From contig CAZOKZ010000003.1 of assembly GCA_964580585.1 (NCBI GenBank), positions 51,468 through 115,467 on the forward strand: a stretch of DNA of 64,000 bases. The letters run 5' to 3'. This stretch comes from an uncultured Candidatus Sumerlaeota bacterium (lineage in GTDB: Bacteria; Sumerlaeota; Sumerlaeia; SLMS01; JAHLLQ01). Both the position numbers and the translations under genes were made by a program. Below the pieces are notes generated by a model that saw only the letters and a list, made by a program, of their open reading frames with translations, did not search any database and was not told the DNA's origin. The first letter of the stretch is position 1. Each line of letters starts with the position of its first letter. Of this stretch, positions 38,919-48,817 are shown in pieces.

Positions 38919-39800
38919 ATGTCATGCGAAGACCCTGAATGCGAATGCCTGCCCTATCAGATGGAGGTGTATTTCGAGGCGTTTCCCGCGTTGGATACCG
39001 AGCGTCTGGCGGCGTTCATCAATGCCACGGAACCCGGCGATGAACCCTGCATGGTGGGGTCCGCTACCGAGCAAAACGCCGACGGCGTGCGTCTGACTGG
39101 ATTTCTCGTTTCACAGGGAGCCTACCACGCGGGGGTACTGGTTCACGCTGCTGCCGCTCCCGCGCCTGAAATCATCGCTGCTTCACGACTCGTTGCACCG
39201 CTCAAAGAACAACTGCTTGCGCATCAATCCTTCGCGCTCATCACCCTGGCGTCGGGCGACGAAGAGGCCCCCGCGTACGAAAACCTGATCTTTTTGCTCA
39301 AAATCGCCATGGGTCTTTGCGACCAGGGGGGCATTGGCGCCTCGAACCCGCACACAGGGCTGTGTTACCCGGGAGATTTGCTGCTCGATTTGGCGAGTTT
39401 TTCGCCCGACGATTGGATCTCGGAAGAGGAAGGAGGCGAAGACGCGCCGCAAACCCTCTGGGATTCGATCCGCCGCGAAGGCACCCCGATGGAGTTGCTT
39501 GCCGACATCGTATGTTTTGAAATGAACGACACCGTGTGGATGGCCACGCGAGGATTTGCGTTCTGCGGATTCCCGGATTTCGTTTACCGTCTGGAAAACC
39601 CGGACGAAGACATCACCGACATTGCCCATTTTTTCCAGAACGCGTTTGTTTACCTGATGGCGAACGGCGCCATCATCGAAGCGGGACACACCATGGGCTA
39701 TGACGAAAACATCGCGTATCGTTTTTCGAAAGTGCCGGAAGATGTGGAACTGCCGTTTGAAGAATACGAGTTGCTGCTGGTGGAACGAGAACGAGCTTAA
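38919..39800 (+). CDS. Hypothetical cytoplasmic protein
   Basis: The 293-aa ORF has good codon usage and an acidic C-terminus. No recognisable motif was found. Confidence 0.4.
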   Translation: MSCEDPECECLPYQMEVYFEAFPALDTERLAAFINATEPGDEPCMVGSATEQNADGVRLTGFLVSQGAYHAGVLVHAAAAPAPEIIAASRLVAPLKEQLLAHQSFALITLASGDEEAPAYENLIFLLKIAMGLCDQGGIGASNPHTGLCYPGDLLLDLASFSPDDWISEEEGGEDAPQTLWDSIRREGTPMELLADIVCFEMNDTVWMATRGFAFCGFPDFVYRLENPDEDITDIAHFFQNAFVYLMANGAIIEAGHTMGYDENIAYRFSKVPEDVELPFEEYELLLVERERA

Positions 39801-39833
39801 GATGCCATTTATTTTCTTAAGGAATAATTTGCA

Positions 39834-40292
39834 TTAAATTCGAATTATTAGGTAAGTCAAAATACAAATCAACCCAATAGGAATCACGTAAGTTACCCAT
39901 TTTTCTAAATGGAACCTCGTGTTTTTCTGAGAACTCAAGCATTCTATCGAGTGTTTGTAACATCGAATAAGGTTTTCCCATTCGGATTCTTCTGAATCGA
40001 AAATGGGAAGTTGTTCTGCTATTTTTCGAGGAACTATAGGTTTAATAAATCGAATATCGGAGTCCAGCAAGTTCAAGGCTAATGACAACCAAGAAATTTT
40101 CCAATTGTTGTCACGAATATGTTTCGCAATCCAAAGTAAACGAAGAAAAACACTTCCCCAAAGTAAATAGCACAGTATTGCAACGAACGCATTGGAGATA
40201 GTAAACGGTTTTGGCAAAATTAGTAATAATCCAACAGAATTCAGAATGAATGAAACGAAAACGATAGGTGTTTTTATGAACATGCTTTGCAT
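39834..40292 (-). CDS. Hypothetical membrane protein (3-4 TM) encoded in a ~35% GC islet
   Basis: The ORF spans the AT-rich island 39800-40370 in an otherwise ~60% GC context. Its Ile/Leu/Lys/Asn-rich codon usage is foreign to the flanks. Confidence 0.35.
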   Translation of the reverse strand: MQSMFIKTPIVFVSFILNSVGLLLILPKPFTISNAFVAILCYLLWGSVFLRLLWIAKHIRDNNWKISWLSLALNLLDSDIRFIKPIVPRKIAEQLPIFDSEESEWENLIRCYKHSIECLSSQKNTRFHLEKWVTYVIPIGLICILTYLIIRI

Positions 40293-40368
40293 CGATGATA
40301 TTTCTCAATCTAACATATTTAGCATCATTCTCTTGAATAAGAAACCTTTCAATCCAATATTGAGAATC

Positions 40369-40797
40369 TCACTCCACATCCGGCTTCCCGCGCATTTTCT
40401 TAATTCCCGCGCGGTGGGATTTTTTCTTCAAGCGTTTTTCCTGCACTGCGCGCGGCATGGCGGTGGGAATGCGGCGAGCGCGGCGACGATTCAGTTTCGC
40501 GACTTTTTCGCGCAAACGAATCAGACAAAGCTGCTTGTTCTGATGCTGGCTGCGTTCCTGCTGACACGTCACAACCAACCCCGAGGGACGGTGGCGCAAC
40601 CGCACGGCGGATTCGGTTTTATTGACGTGCTGGCCGCCCTTGCCGCCCGAGCGAAACGTATCCACATCGCATTCGGCGAGCAACTTCTCGTCCGTACTGG
40701 GTAAAATTATTCGATCTGTCATCGGGTTTATTTTCCTCTGGCCCACCGGCCTTGTTGCCTCATGCTCAAGTCTTATCCTGGTTTGCCTTGTCGGCAA
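40369..40797 (-). CDS. arfB: Alternative ribosome-rescue factor ArfB (peptidyl-tRNA hydrolase, GGQ motif, basic C-tail)
   Basis: The GGQ motif sits in [17 protein letters not shown]. The product is ~140 aa with a Lys/Arg-rich C-terminal tail. Confidence 0.75.
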   Translation of the reverse strand: MPTRQTRIRLEHEATRPVGQRKINPMTDRIILPSTDEKLLAECDVDTFRSGGKGGQHVNKTESAVRLRHRPSGLVVTCQQERSQHQNKQLCLIRLREKVAKLNRRRARRIPTAMPRAVQEKRLKKKSHRAGIKKMRGKPDVE

Positions 40798-40823
40798 GGG
40801 GGAACGCGATTATAAGCGAAAAT

Positions 40824-42281
40824 ATGAATGAACAAAAACGGATTGAAGCAATGAGCGACGATAAAAAAATAGGATTGGTGGCGGGTTTTCTGGCGGGCGA
40901 CGCGTTGGGGGCTCCTTTCTACGCGGTGAAAGCCGCGCATATTCAGCAATTGGTTGGCGGATGGGTGGACGATTATCTTGCCGATCCGATTTTATTTCCC
41001 GATAAACCGAATAAAAACGTTCTGCCCGGCCTGCATTCGATCCATGGCCAGGAATTCCTTGCCGTGTTGGCCGCACGCAACGACCAGGACACGGGCCAGC
41101 ATCCGATTGCGCGGGCGGCGATGCTGCTGCGCGAATTAGCAGGCGACGATTTCGATAATCCCCACCCGGCACTCGGGGCGTTGCGCGCTCCCGGCAAACC
41201 GCTTCGCCGCGCGTTGCATTGCTGGAGTACCGAGTACCCATGGGAACCCGAGGACCATTTCGCGTTGACGGAAACCAGCGAAGGCGCCTCGACCGCCGCG
41301 CGAGCGTTGGCCACGGTCATCAGCGAAACGGAATTCGATCCGATTGGCCTGGCGCGCCTGACACATTTGAAGGAACCTGCCTTGATGGCAGCGTGGACCA
41401 TTGCATGGGTGGCGCGTCGTTTGATCGAAATCGAAAACCCGAAAAAAATCGACGCGGATGAATTACTGTCCGAGTTGATTGCAGATGCGCGCACCATCGA
41501 AGATGCCCTGCGCGATGGACCTGTTGGCGAACATTGGCGCGAAACCGGGCTTGGCTATCCGCCCGCACGATTCAGCGAATGCCTCAGTCCGCTCGCCAGC
41601 CTGTTGCACACGGGTGACGATGCGTTGGCGGAAAAAACGCTCGTCGCACAAGCGCGCGAATTCGCGCCGCTGCATTCTGTGGCGCATACACAACATGGCT
41701 TTGCGCCTGTGCTCGTGCCATGGGTGTTGTACCGCGCGTTGGGGCCGATGGCGCCCGCGCACGCGGTCGAAGACGCCGTCAATCGTGGGGGGGAAGCATC
41801 CCTGGCCGCCGGGTTGATCGGTGGATTGATCGGCGCGCGTTATGGGTTCGAACATTTACCCGAATCATGGATGGCCGGATGCCTGGCGTGGGATATTGCG
41901 CGTCGGCTTACACTGCAACCGAACGCTGCAACCGAAGACGATTGGCTGGCCGCCGAACGGGGCTGGACCGCGCGCGAAGAAGAGTTGCGCGCGCCGTTGC
42001 GCAAAGCCGTCGATGCCGAAAAAGCCGCCATGGTGCAGTCGGCAAAGAAGAAAAAAAAGACCGCCGAAAAAAATGCCAAAGCCTCGATTCAAAACACCCC
42101 CCAGGGCGAATTGCCGTTCGCTCCGCCACCGCAAGTATGGCTCGAAGAAAAAGGCAATGAATTGGCACCGTGGGAAAAACAACGGCTGAAATCCGAACGC
42201 GGGCGTAAACGCATCGAATGGAAAGAGGAACGCCGCCGCCGACGTTCCTCGCGTGCGGATACGGAAATCAGCGAGGATTGA
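40824..42281 (+). CDS. ADP-ribosylglycohydrolase family protein with Lys-rich C-terminal extension
   Basis: The motif GLVAGFLAGDALGAPF is a DraG/ARH-type N-terminal signature. The C-terminal ~90 aa are basic and low-complexity. Confidence 0.55.
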   Translation: MNEQKRIEAMSDDKKIGLVAGFLAGDALGAPFYAVKAAHIQQLVGGWVDDYLADPILFPDKPNKNVLPGLHSIHGQEFLAVLAARNDQDTGQHPIARAAMLLRELAGDDFDNPHPALGALRAPGKPLRRALHCWSTEYPWEPEDHFALTETSEGASTAARALATVISETEFDPIGLARLTHLKEPALMAAWTIAWVARRLIEIENPKKIDADELLSELIADARTIEDALRDGPVGEHWRETGLGYPPARFSECLSPLASLLHTGDDALAEKTLVAQAREFAPLHSVAHTQHGFAPVLVPWVLYRALGPMAPAHAVEDAVNRGGEASLAAGLIGGLIGARYGFEHLPESWMAGCLAWDIARRLTLQPNAATEDDWLAAERGWTAREEELRAPLRKAVDAEKAAMVQSAKKKKKTAEKNAKASIQNTPQGELPFAPPPQVWLEEKGNELAPWEKQRLKSERGRKRIEWKEERRRRRSSRADTEISED

Positions 42282-42291
42282 TCGCAGCACC

Positions 42292-42792
42292 TTAAAGTAT
42301 ATTAACAACAGGTTTATTCACATGGCGAAGCGCTAACGTTAATAACCGTTCCTGCTCTTTCCACATGCGTTTTTCTTTGGCTTTTGTGTCGTGGTCCCAG
42401 CCAAGTAGATGCAGCATCCCATGCACGAGTAAAAGCGCGATCTCGTCTTCGACCTTGCGCTTCGTTTCATGTGCGTGGCGTGCCGTGTACGTGAGCGAAA
42501 TGGCTAAATCGCCGAGGTAAACGTCTCCGTCCCCACGGAGCGATTCCGGATCGTCGGCAGCGGGGAAACTCAGAATATCCGTCGGCTCGTCCAGGTCGCG
42601 AAACTCGCGATTCAAACGTTGGATTTCTTTGTCCGAACAAAATAGAATCGAAATTCCCGCACCCGTCCAGCCAAGTTCCCTCAAGGTATGGTCGATAATC
42701 GAGCGCGTGAATGTTGTCAGCTCACCGCGTCCTTTTTTTAAGCCCGAACGATCGAACCGAATATCGATGTTTGAATCCATTATTGCATCCAT
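42292..42792 (-). CDS. ybeY: Endoribonuclease YbeY (rRNA maturation factor)
   Basis: The motif HGMLHLLGWDHD matches HxxxHxxGxxH. The start was chosen at MDAIMD; the ORF extends to 42867. Confidence 0.85.
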   Translation of the reverse strand: MDAIMDSNIDIRFDRSGLKKGRGELTTFTRSIIDHTLRELGWTGAGISILFCSDKEIQRLNREFRDLDEPTDILSFPAADDPESLRGDGDVYLGDLAISLTYTARHAHETKRKVEDEIALLLVHGMLHLLGWDHDTKAKEKRMWKEQERLLTLALRHVNKPVVNIL

Positions 42793-43238
42793 TCGTGAGC
42801 GATGCGATCGACGGCTTCCATAATTTGTTCCATCAAACCGGCATCGCGCTCCAGACAGAATTTCCACTCGGGTTTATCGAACGGCGCCAACCAAATGGGT
42901 TTCGTGCGAAACTCCTCAGGCTCATCGGCACGGCGCGGAATCACATGCGCATGCAATGCCGGTTCCAGATTTCCCAGCATTTCATAATTAATTCGCGTTG
43001 CACCCGTCACATGCAACACCGCATCGCCCAGCAGCGCCATGTCCTGCAAAAACTGAACGCGCTCTTTACCTTCCAACGCGTTCAAATGCGGTACCACCGG
43101 GTCGGGTAACAACAACGAATACCCCGGATAATATTGATAATCGCCCATCACAGCCCAGCCGGATTTCATCCGGCAGATCACCTGGGGATTTTCGCCCAAA
43201 TTGGCGGCGTGGACTTTATGATGAATGGCTGTTGGCAT
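42780..43238 (-). CDS. HIT-family hydrolase-like protein
   Basis: The histidine-triad-like motif is LHAHVIPR. The size is ~150 aa. Confidence 0.5.
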   Translation of the reverse strand: MPTAIHHKVHAANLGENPQVICRMKSGWAVMGDYQYYPGYSLLLPDPVVPHLNALEGKERVQFLQDMALLGDAVLHVTGATRINYEMLGNLEPALHAHVIPRRADEPEEFRTKPIWLAPFDKPEWKFCLERDAGLMEQIMEAVDRIAHEWMQ

Positions 43239-43250
43239 TTGATTATCCTT

Positions 43251-44003
43251 TCAAGTTGGCTGAACCCGATACCAATGAGAGTAAAGTATATTGAACCCGA
43301 GCCGTTTGTACATTTCAATCGCTACGGCGTTGTTTTGCATGACTTGCAGGTACACCGTGCGCGCGCCTTGCTCGCGTCCCCACGCCAGCAAATGCTCCAT
43401 CAATCGTGTTGCGTATCCACGACGACGATAATCCGCATGCGTGGCAACGCCAAACACGCCCATGAATTCTTCTTCGACCACCGCCATGCCGCACGCCACG
43501 GTGCGGCCCCCATCGATCAGGCTTGCCATCAATCGTGGCATCGACATTCCCGCAAACATGTTGCGCACAATCGGTTCGCGCTCCGTGGGCAGTGCGAACA
43601 ACTCGATGTAGGCCTGTAACCATTCGCTCGACGCTTCGTGCCAAAGCCGCACGGCATCGCCGCCGGGAGCGAGGTCCGCGCTGCCACAAATTTCGCGCGT
43701 CATCACATACGCGCCTGCCTCGTTCGTGTAGCCGCGCGCTTCAAGTTGCGCATCCAGATCGCCGGGTTGCGCTGCATCGGTCAGTTTGAAAGTCGTTGGC
43801 AACCGGCGTGCGGCATACGCGCGTTCGCATGCGATGATTTTTTCGTCCAACGTTCGCGTGCCCGCATAAAAGGGATGCACCGAGTTCGCTCGACGCGTGA
43901 ATCCGCCATTAAAACGCAACACCCACCCGTCGAGCACCATTTGATGTGTCGATGGCCACGCGTTCATCGCGGCTTCTTCGATGCGAAGGATGGAGGAAGT
44001 CAT
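43251..44003 (-). CDS. GNAT family N-acetyltransferase
   Basis: The acetyl-CoA binding signature is RRRGYATRLMEHLLAWGREQGARTVYLQV. Confidence 0.7.
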   Translation of the reverse strand: MTSSILRIEEAAMNAWPSTHQMVLDGWVLRFNGGFTRRANSVHPFYAGTRTLDEKIIACERAYAARRLPTTFKLTDAAQPGDLDAQLEARGYTNEAGAYVMTREICGSADLAPGGDAVRLWHEASSEWLQAYIELFALPTEREPIVRNMFAGMSMPRLMASLIDGGRTVACGMAVVEEEFMGVFGVATHADYRRRGYATRLMEHLLAWGREQGARTVYLQVMQNNAVAIEMYKRLGFNILYSHWYRVQPT

Positions 44004-44020
44004 AACAATACCGAAGTATA

Positions 44021-44157
44021 GTTCACAGTTTACAGTTCACAGTTTTTAGTCCACCGGAACGTCACTTCGTGGACAACACGATTCGCATGGGTTCTTGAAT
44101 GAACTTCTAGAAATCAATTTTACTACAAGCTGTGAACTGATTACTGTAAACTAAAAA
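44021..44157. promoter_or_regulatory. Heptad-repeat (iteron-like) arrays in opposite orientation flanking a ~75-bp spacer
   Basis: Positions 44021-44049 read gTTCACAG-TTTACAG-TTCACAG-TTTTTAG. Positions 44130-44157 carry the complementary heptads CTGTGAA-CTGATTA-CTGTAAA-CTAAAAA. The element lies between the GNAT start and the cbpA-like stop. Confidence 0.35.
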
Positions 44158-44162
44158 TGCGT

Positions 44163-45128
44163 TCAATCCCGCGGATTGAACCTGGACGTTTCGGCCCATT
44201 GTTTCAGGAGGTCTTTTTCTTTTTCCGTCGGCGCGGAAGGTACGCAGATCATCACCTGAACGTAAAGGTCGCCCTTTGCGCCGTTGTCGTTGGGAAGACC
44301 CTGTCCGCGAATGCGCAGGCGACGACCCGAGCTGCTGCCCGACGGAATCGTCAGCGCGATTTTGCCCCCGGGCGTTTCGACGGGCACCTTGGCGCCGAGC
44401 GCCGCTTCCCACGGTGCCACGCGCGCTTCGGCAATCAGATCGTTGCCTTCGACTTTGTACGGGCCATCCTTCGCGTACTTGATTTTCAAAAACAAATCGC
44501 CGCCCCCGCGTCCCTGGCCCGACAACCGGATTTTTCGGCCCTCGGCGATGCCTTGCGGAATGCGAATGTCGTAAGAATGGGGCGCTTCGCCGGGCACCGC
44601 CACACGCACGGTCATCTGGCCGCCAGTGATGATTTTCTCGATGGGAACTTCGATTTCGGACTCCACGTCGCCCTGAAACGCGCCCGGCCCGGCTTCAAAA
44701 CCGGAGAAGTCCTGAAACCCGGAAAACCCTGTCGGTCCCGTGCGAGGCCGATGAACGCGCGGTCCGCCGCCCATTCCACCTGCCGCGCCGAACAATGCCT
44801 CGAAGAAATCCGAAAAACCGCCACCGCCGCCGCCGCCCGGTCCGCCGAAGTTGAACGAAAACGACTCAAACCCCGGAGGCGGACGAAAATCCTGCCCCGC
44901 CTTCCAATTCGCACCCAATTGATCGTAGCGTTTGCGTTTTTCGGGGTCCTTGAGAACCTCGTAAGCTTCGTTGATGTGCTTAAATTTTTCCTCGGCGGAC
45001 GAATCGTTGGGATTCACGTCCGGGTGGTGCTTGCGCGCCAACGTGCGATACGCCTTGCGAATTTGCTCGGGCGTCGCGTCACGGGAAACTCCCAGGGTTT
45101 CGTAATAGTCCTGAAATTTCACGGCCAC
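44163..45128 (-). CDS. cbpA: DnaJ-family co-chaperone without zinc finger (CbpA-like curved-DNA-binding protein)
   Basis: The J domain carries HPD (ARKHHPDVN). A Gly-rich linker is followed by DnaJ C-terminal domains. No CxxCxGxG repeats are present. Confidence 0.75.
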   Translation of the reverse strand: MAVKFQDYYETLGVSRDATPEQIRKAYRTLARKHHPDVNPNDSSAEEKFKHINEAYEVLKDPEKRKRYDQLGANWKAGQDFRPPPGFESFSFNFGGPGGGGGGGFSDFFEALFGAAGGMGGGPRVHRPRTGPTGFSGFQDFSGFEAGPGAFQGDVESEIEVPIEKIITGGQMTVRVAVPGEAPHSYDIRIPQGIAEGRKIRLSGQGRGGGDLFLKIKYAKDGPYKVEGNDLIAEARVAPWEAALGAKVPVETPGGKIALTIPSGSSSGRRLRIRGQGLPNDNGAKGDLYVQVMICVPSAPTEKEKDLLKQWAETSRFNPRD

Positions 45129-45422
45129 CTCGGCTTTGTCCTCCGGTAAAATGATAGTCCACCACCGAAAAGAGCAAAACGACGGCCAACCCGGATAGCC
45201 AGACGATAAACGAACCGCGAAGGCGCGAAGACACCAAGAATCGCGAAGAGTTCACATGGAACGCTTTGGATGGTCTTTTCTCCGTGGAGCTTGAAAACCA
45301 GCGTAGATACTCAGGCGCGAAATGATGCGCTAAACTCAAAAAATAGAGAGAGTGAAGAAGCGGTTGAAATGATTTTTCGACCTGTTTTCTTTGCGTTCCC
45401 TAGCGTCTTCGCGCCTTTACGG

Positions 45423-45617
45423 TTATTGTTTCTTCTGTGCGGCGGCGTTGATTTGCGCTGTGGCATTCGCCAGCTTCGCGCAACTGCCGCTTTTGCCTGC
45501 CGGGCAACTGCACGTGGTTTTTTGCTTAAAAACCGCCAAGTAAAAAGAGCGAATCACGTAAAATGCGGCGCCTGTCACGATCAAAACCACGAGGCTGGTT
45601 TCAAAAATCTGGTTCAT
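45423..45617 (-). CDS. FeoB-associated Cys-rich small membrane protein
   Basis: The sequence MNQIFETSLVVLIVTGAAFYVIRSFY...CSCPAGKSGSC shows a TM helix followed by a Cys cluster. It lies immediately downstream of feoB. Confidence 0.5.
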   Translation of the reverse strand: MNQIFETSLVVLIVTGAAFYVIRSFYLAVFKQKTTCSCPAGKSGSCAKLANATAQINAAAQKKQ

Positions 45618-45643
45618 TTTGCGCCTCCGGACAAAAAATCGGG

Positions 45644-48022
45644 TCAACTCAACACGGCGGTGAATAGATGGTACGTAATCATCGCTCCGATGTATGCAAG
45701 GCCGGTCATGTACGCGAAGGCAAACACCGGCCAGCGCCAGGAGTTCGTTTCACGCTTCATCACGGCCAACGTCGCGGCACATTGCGCACACAATGCAAAG
45801 AATATCATGACCGACAACGCCACGGGAAGCGTAAAAATCGGCTGACCATCGGGCCAGGTGGCTTCGTACAGCTTTGACCGCAGATCCATGCTTTCCTCGT
45901 CCGCGTCGCCCACGTCGTAAATCACGCCAAGGGTCGAAACGATCACCTCGCGTGCGGGGAAACTGGCAATCGCCGCCATTCCGAGACGCCAATCCCAACC
46001 CAAGGGCTTAACCACGGGGGCAACCCATTGACCCATGCGCCCCAAAATCGACTGGCGAATGTAAGCGCCAGCGACGGCGTTTTCTTGTTCAGACTCCAAT
46101 GCGCGAAGCGCTTCCGTGGCTTCCACCGCGCGTTGCATCTCCGGCATCATTTTCTGCGGTACATTTTCTGTGTCCAACCATGCATCGATGGTCGCTTGTG
46201 TTTTTTCGGGATCGTCGCCCGCCAACGCCAACGATTCCGTCCATTCCGCCTTGGCGGCTTCAATCTGGGTTGCATACGTCGCCATAACCGATTGTTCGAC
46301 ACTTGCCGGGCGTGGATAGTACAGCAGCGCCCACACCACCACGGAGACGGCAAAAATGATCGTGCCCGCGCGTTTCAAAAATTCGCTGCCACGTTCCATC
46401 ATGCGGTGGAAAATCGTCTTCCAAGACGGTTGCTTATATGGCGGCAACTCCATGATAAACGTCGGCGTTTTGCCTTTCAGCAGTGTCTTCTTCAAAATCA
46501 AGGCTACCGGAATCGCGACCACCAGCCCGACAAGATACATGCAAAACAGGGTCAAACCCTGGAGGCCAAACACGCCGCCCAGCACGCTTTTATTCGGCAC
46601 AAACGCCGCGATAAAAAGCGTGTAAACCGGCAACCGCGCCGAGCAGCTCATCAGCGGAGCGACGAGAATCGTGGCAAATCGGTCGCGCCGGTCTTCGATT
46701 GTGCGAGTGGCCATGATGCCGGGAATCGCGCAGGCGAACGAACTGAGCATCGGGATGAAACTGCGCCCCGAGAGGCCGCATCGACTCAGCAGACGATCCA
46801 TCAGGAACGCCGCGCGAGCCATATAACCGCAGTCCTCCAGCAGTCCGATGAAGAAAAACAGGAACAGAATCTGGGGCAGGAAAATCACCACGCCGCCAAC
46901 GCCTGCAATCACGCCATCGACGATCAGGCTTTGCAGCGGTCCTTCGGCCATCGTGCCGCCCACCCATCCGCCAAGCGCACCGAAAACACCATCGATGAGG
47001 TCCATAAATGGCGCTGACCATGTGTAAATCGCCTGGAATACGATCAGCATTAACGTGGCGAAAATCAGCGTTCCCCAAACCTTGTGCACCAGGACGGCGT
47101 CCAGGCGATCCGTCAAGCTTTTTGTCTTGACCTCTTCGCGCGAAACGACCCCTTCCAGGATTTTCGTAATCCATCCGTAGCGGCACCGCGCTTCCAGGCT
47201 GACAAGGCGAATTTTATGCTCTTCCTGGAGGCGGGCTTTGGCGGAACGAATCGCTTCTGCGGCTTTTTCCCCGCCGGATTTCACGAACCGTTGCTCGGCC
47301 ATGCCGCTCGATTCGAGCAACACGCGTCGGGCAAGAAAAGGTTCGACGTTTTTTTCGGGACAGCCTGCCGCAATCAGGGCCTTCTGTAATTCCTCGGCGG
47401 CTTGAACGAATTCATCGGGGAACAACTCCGGCATTTGCGGCGCAGAAGTGCATCTTCCATTCAGCAGCGCGCTTCCAACTTCCGCGAGGCCTTGCTCCCG
47501 GGCGGCAACCGTGGAAATTACCGGCACGCCCAGACGTTCCGATAACAACTGGGCATCGACCGTAACGCCATTTCCCGCTGCCACATCCGTCATGTTCAAA
47601 ATGACGATGGAGGGGATACCAAGCTCGAGAATCTGCGTTGCCAGGAACAGGTTGCGTTCGAGGTTCGAGGCATCGACGACGATCAGGACCTTCTCGGGAG
47701 CCTGCTCGTCCTCGCGGCGACCCAAAAAAACGTCCACCGCCACCATTTCGTCCATCGAGCGCGCGGCGATGCTATACGTTCCGGGCAGATCGATGATCTC
47801 CACGGCGCCGGACGAACCTTTGAGTGGGCCGATTTTGCGCTCGACCGTCACGCCAGCGTAATTGCCGACGCGGGCTTTGAAGCCCGTCAGGTGATTGAAA
47901 AGCGTCGTTTTACCTGTGTTTGGATTACCAATAATCGCCACACGGGTGGTCTGGGTTTGGGTCGCGGTCATTGCTGCTCCAGCCGGGGGAATTTCTTGAT
48001 AAAGGGAAAATCGTTCAGGCAA
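45644..48022 (-). CDS. feoB: Ferrous iron transporter FeoB
   Basis: The N-terminal G domain has GNPNTGKTTLFN and DLPGTYS. A gate motif and a polytopic C-terminal permease follow. The true start may be the downstream MTATQT. Confidence 0.95.
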   Translation of the reverse strand: MPERFSLYQEIPPAGAAMTATQTQTTRVAIIGNPNTGKTTLFNHLTGFKARVGNYAGVTVERKIGPLKGSSGAVEIIDLPGTYSIAARSMDEMVAVDVFLGRREDEQAPEKVLIVVDASNLERNLFLATQILELGIPSIVILNMTDVAAGNGVTVDAQLLSERLGVPVISTVAAREQGLAEVGSALLNGRCTSAPQMPELFPDEFVQAAEELQKALIAAGCPEKNVEPFLARRVLLESSGMAEQRFVKSGGEKAAEAIRSAKARLQEEHKIRLVSLEARCRYGWITKILEGVVSREEVKTKSLTDRLDAVLVHKVWGTLIFATLMLIVFQAIYTWSAPFMDLIDGVFGALGGWVGGTMAEGPLQSLIVDGVIAGVGGVVIFLPQILFLFFFIGLLEDCGYMARAAFLMDRLLSRCGLSGRSFIPMLSSFACAIPGIMATRTIEDRRDRFATILVAPLMSCSARLPVYTLFIAAFVPNKSVLGGVFGLQGLTLFCMYLVGLVVAIPVALILKKTLLKGKTPTFIMELPPYKQPSWKTIFHRMMERGSEFLKRAGTIIFAVSVVVWALLYYPRPASVEQSVMATYATQIEAAKAEWTESLALAGDDPEKTQATIDAWLDTENVPQKMMPEMQRAVEATEALRALESEQENAVAGAYIRQSILGRMGQWVAPVVKPLGWDWRLGMAAIASFPAREVIVSTLGVIYDVGDADEESMDLRSKLYEATWPDGQPIFTLPVALSVMIFFALCAQCAATLAVMKRETNSWRWPVFAFAYMTGLAYIGAMITYHLFTAVLS

Positions 48023-48046
48023 CCTGTCGGGTGAGAGATGCCGGGG

Positions 48047-48286
48047 TTACAGGAGGGTGACAAGCACGCAGGCTGCTTCCGACTTGCGAAGCGACAGGTT
48101 GTAGCCGCGCAGGCGGAACTCCAGCGGATCGCCCATGGGCGCCTTGCGCAGGTATTCCACCGTGACGCCTTCGGTCAGTCCCATCTCGAGCAAGCGCTGG
48201 ATCAGGGATTCGTCGCCGGTGAAGTCTTCGACGCGCGCTTGCTGTCCCTGGGTAAGATCAGCCAGTGTCATGATGGAAACTTTCAT
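48047..48286 (-). CDS. feoA: FeoA (SH3-like) protein, copy 2
   Basis: The sequence MKVSIMTLADLTQGQQARVEDF...GVTVEYLRKAPMGDPLEFRLRGYNLSLRKSEA is a typical FeoA. Confidence 0.7.
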   Translation of the reverse strand: MKVSIMTLADLTQGQQARVEDFTGDESLIQRLLEMGLTEGVTVEYLRKAPMGDPLEFRLRGYNLSLRKSEAACVLVTLL

Positions 48287-48309
48287 GTAAGAGGAGGAAT
48301 TGCAACGAT

Positions 48310-48528
48310 TTACAGGGGCGAGACGTGTACCATCTCGGTGTTTTCGCCGCGCAGCATGACGCGGGCGTCCTGGACCTGAACGAGACAAGGGCAACCGGGC
48401 TGAATCATGCGGACCAACGCGCCAGCGAAGAAACCCAGCGATGCTAATTGCTGGCAGGCGCAATTTTCACCGCATAAATCTTCAATGACGGCCTGCTGGC
48501 CTTTGCATAAGTCTTTGAGTGTTGCCAT
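48310..48528 (-). CDS. feoA: FeoA (SH3-like) protein, copy 1
   Basis: The sequence MATLKDLCKGQQAVIEDLCGE...VQVQDARVMLRGENTEMV matches FeoA. It is Cys-rich (CGENCAC, PGCPC). Confidence 0.65.
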   Translation of the reverse strand: MATLKDLCKGQQAVIEDLCGENCACQQLASLGFFAGALVRMIQPGCPCLVQVQDARVMLRGENTEMVHVSPL

Positions 48529-48817
48529 GGTGCTTTCCTCGTTTTGCGGGAGAAATCCCCGATTGCCTCGCCAACGATGGCTCATTAGTACCCACACAAT
48601 GTTTGGCATGTCAAACAGGATATTTGGTCGGCCAGTAAAAATATTGCATTGGCGATAAAAGTTAAAGGACGAGTTGGGAAAAAACGGCGACCTGGGCTTG
48701 CTTTCCGTCTTGCCTTGTTGCCACTCTGTTAGTCTTGTTACCATAATACGGGGTAAGAACCGGAGGACGTGTCGGCATAATCCGTCGCGGCAAGTTGGCA
48801 GGGAGCCATTCAGTAAG

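Noticed and set aside
44021-44157. CRISPR array or simple terminator hairpin
   Set aside because: The repeats are 7-bp heptads, not 25-40-bp repeats with spacers. The two arrays are not reverse complements in hairpin order.
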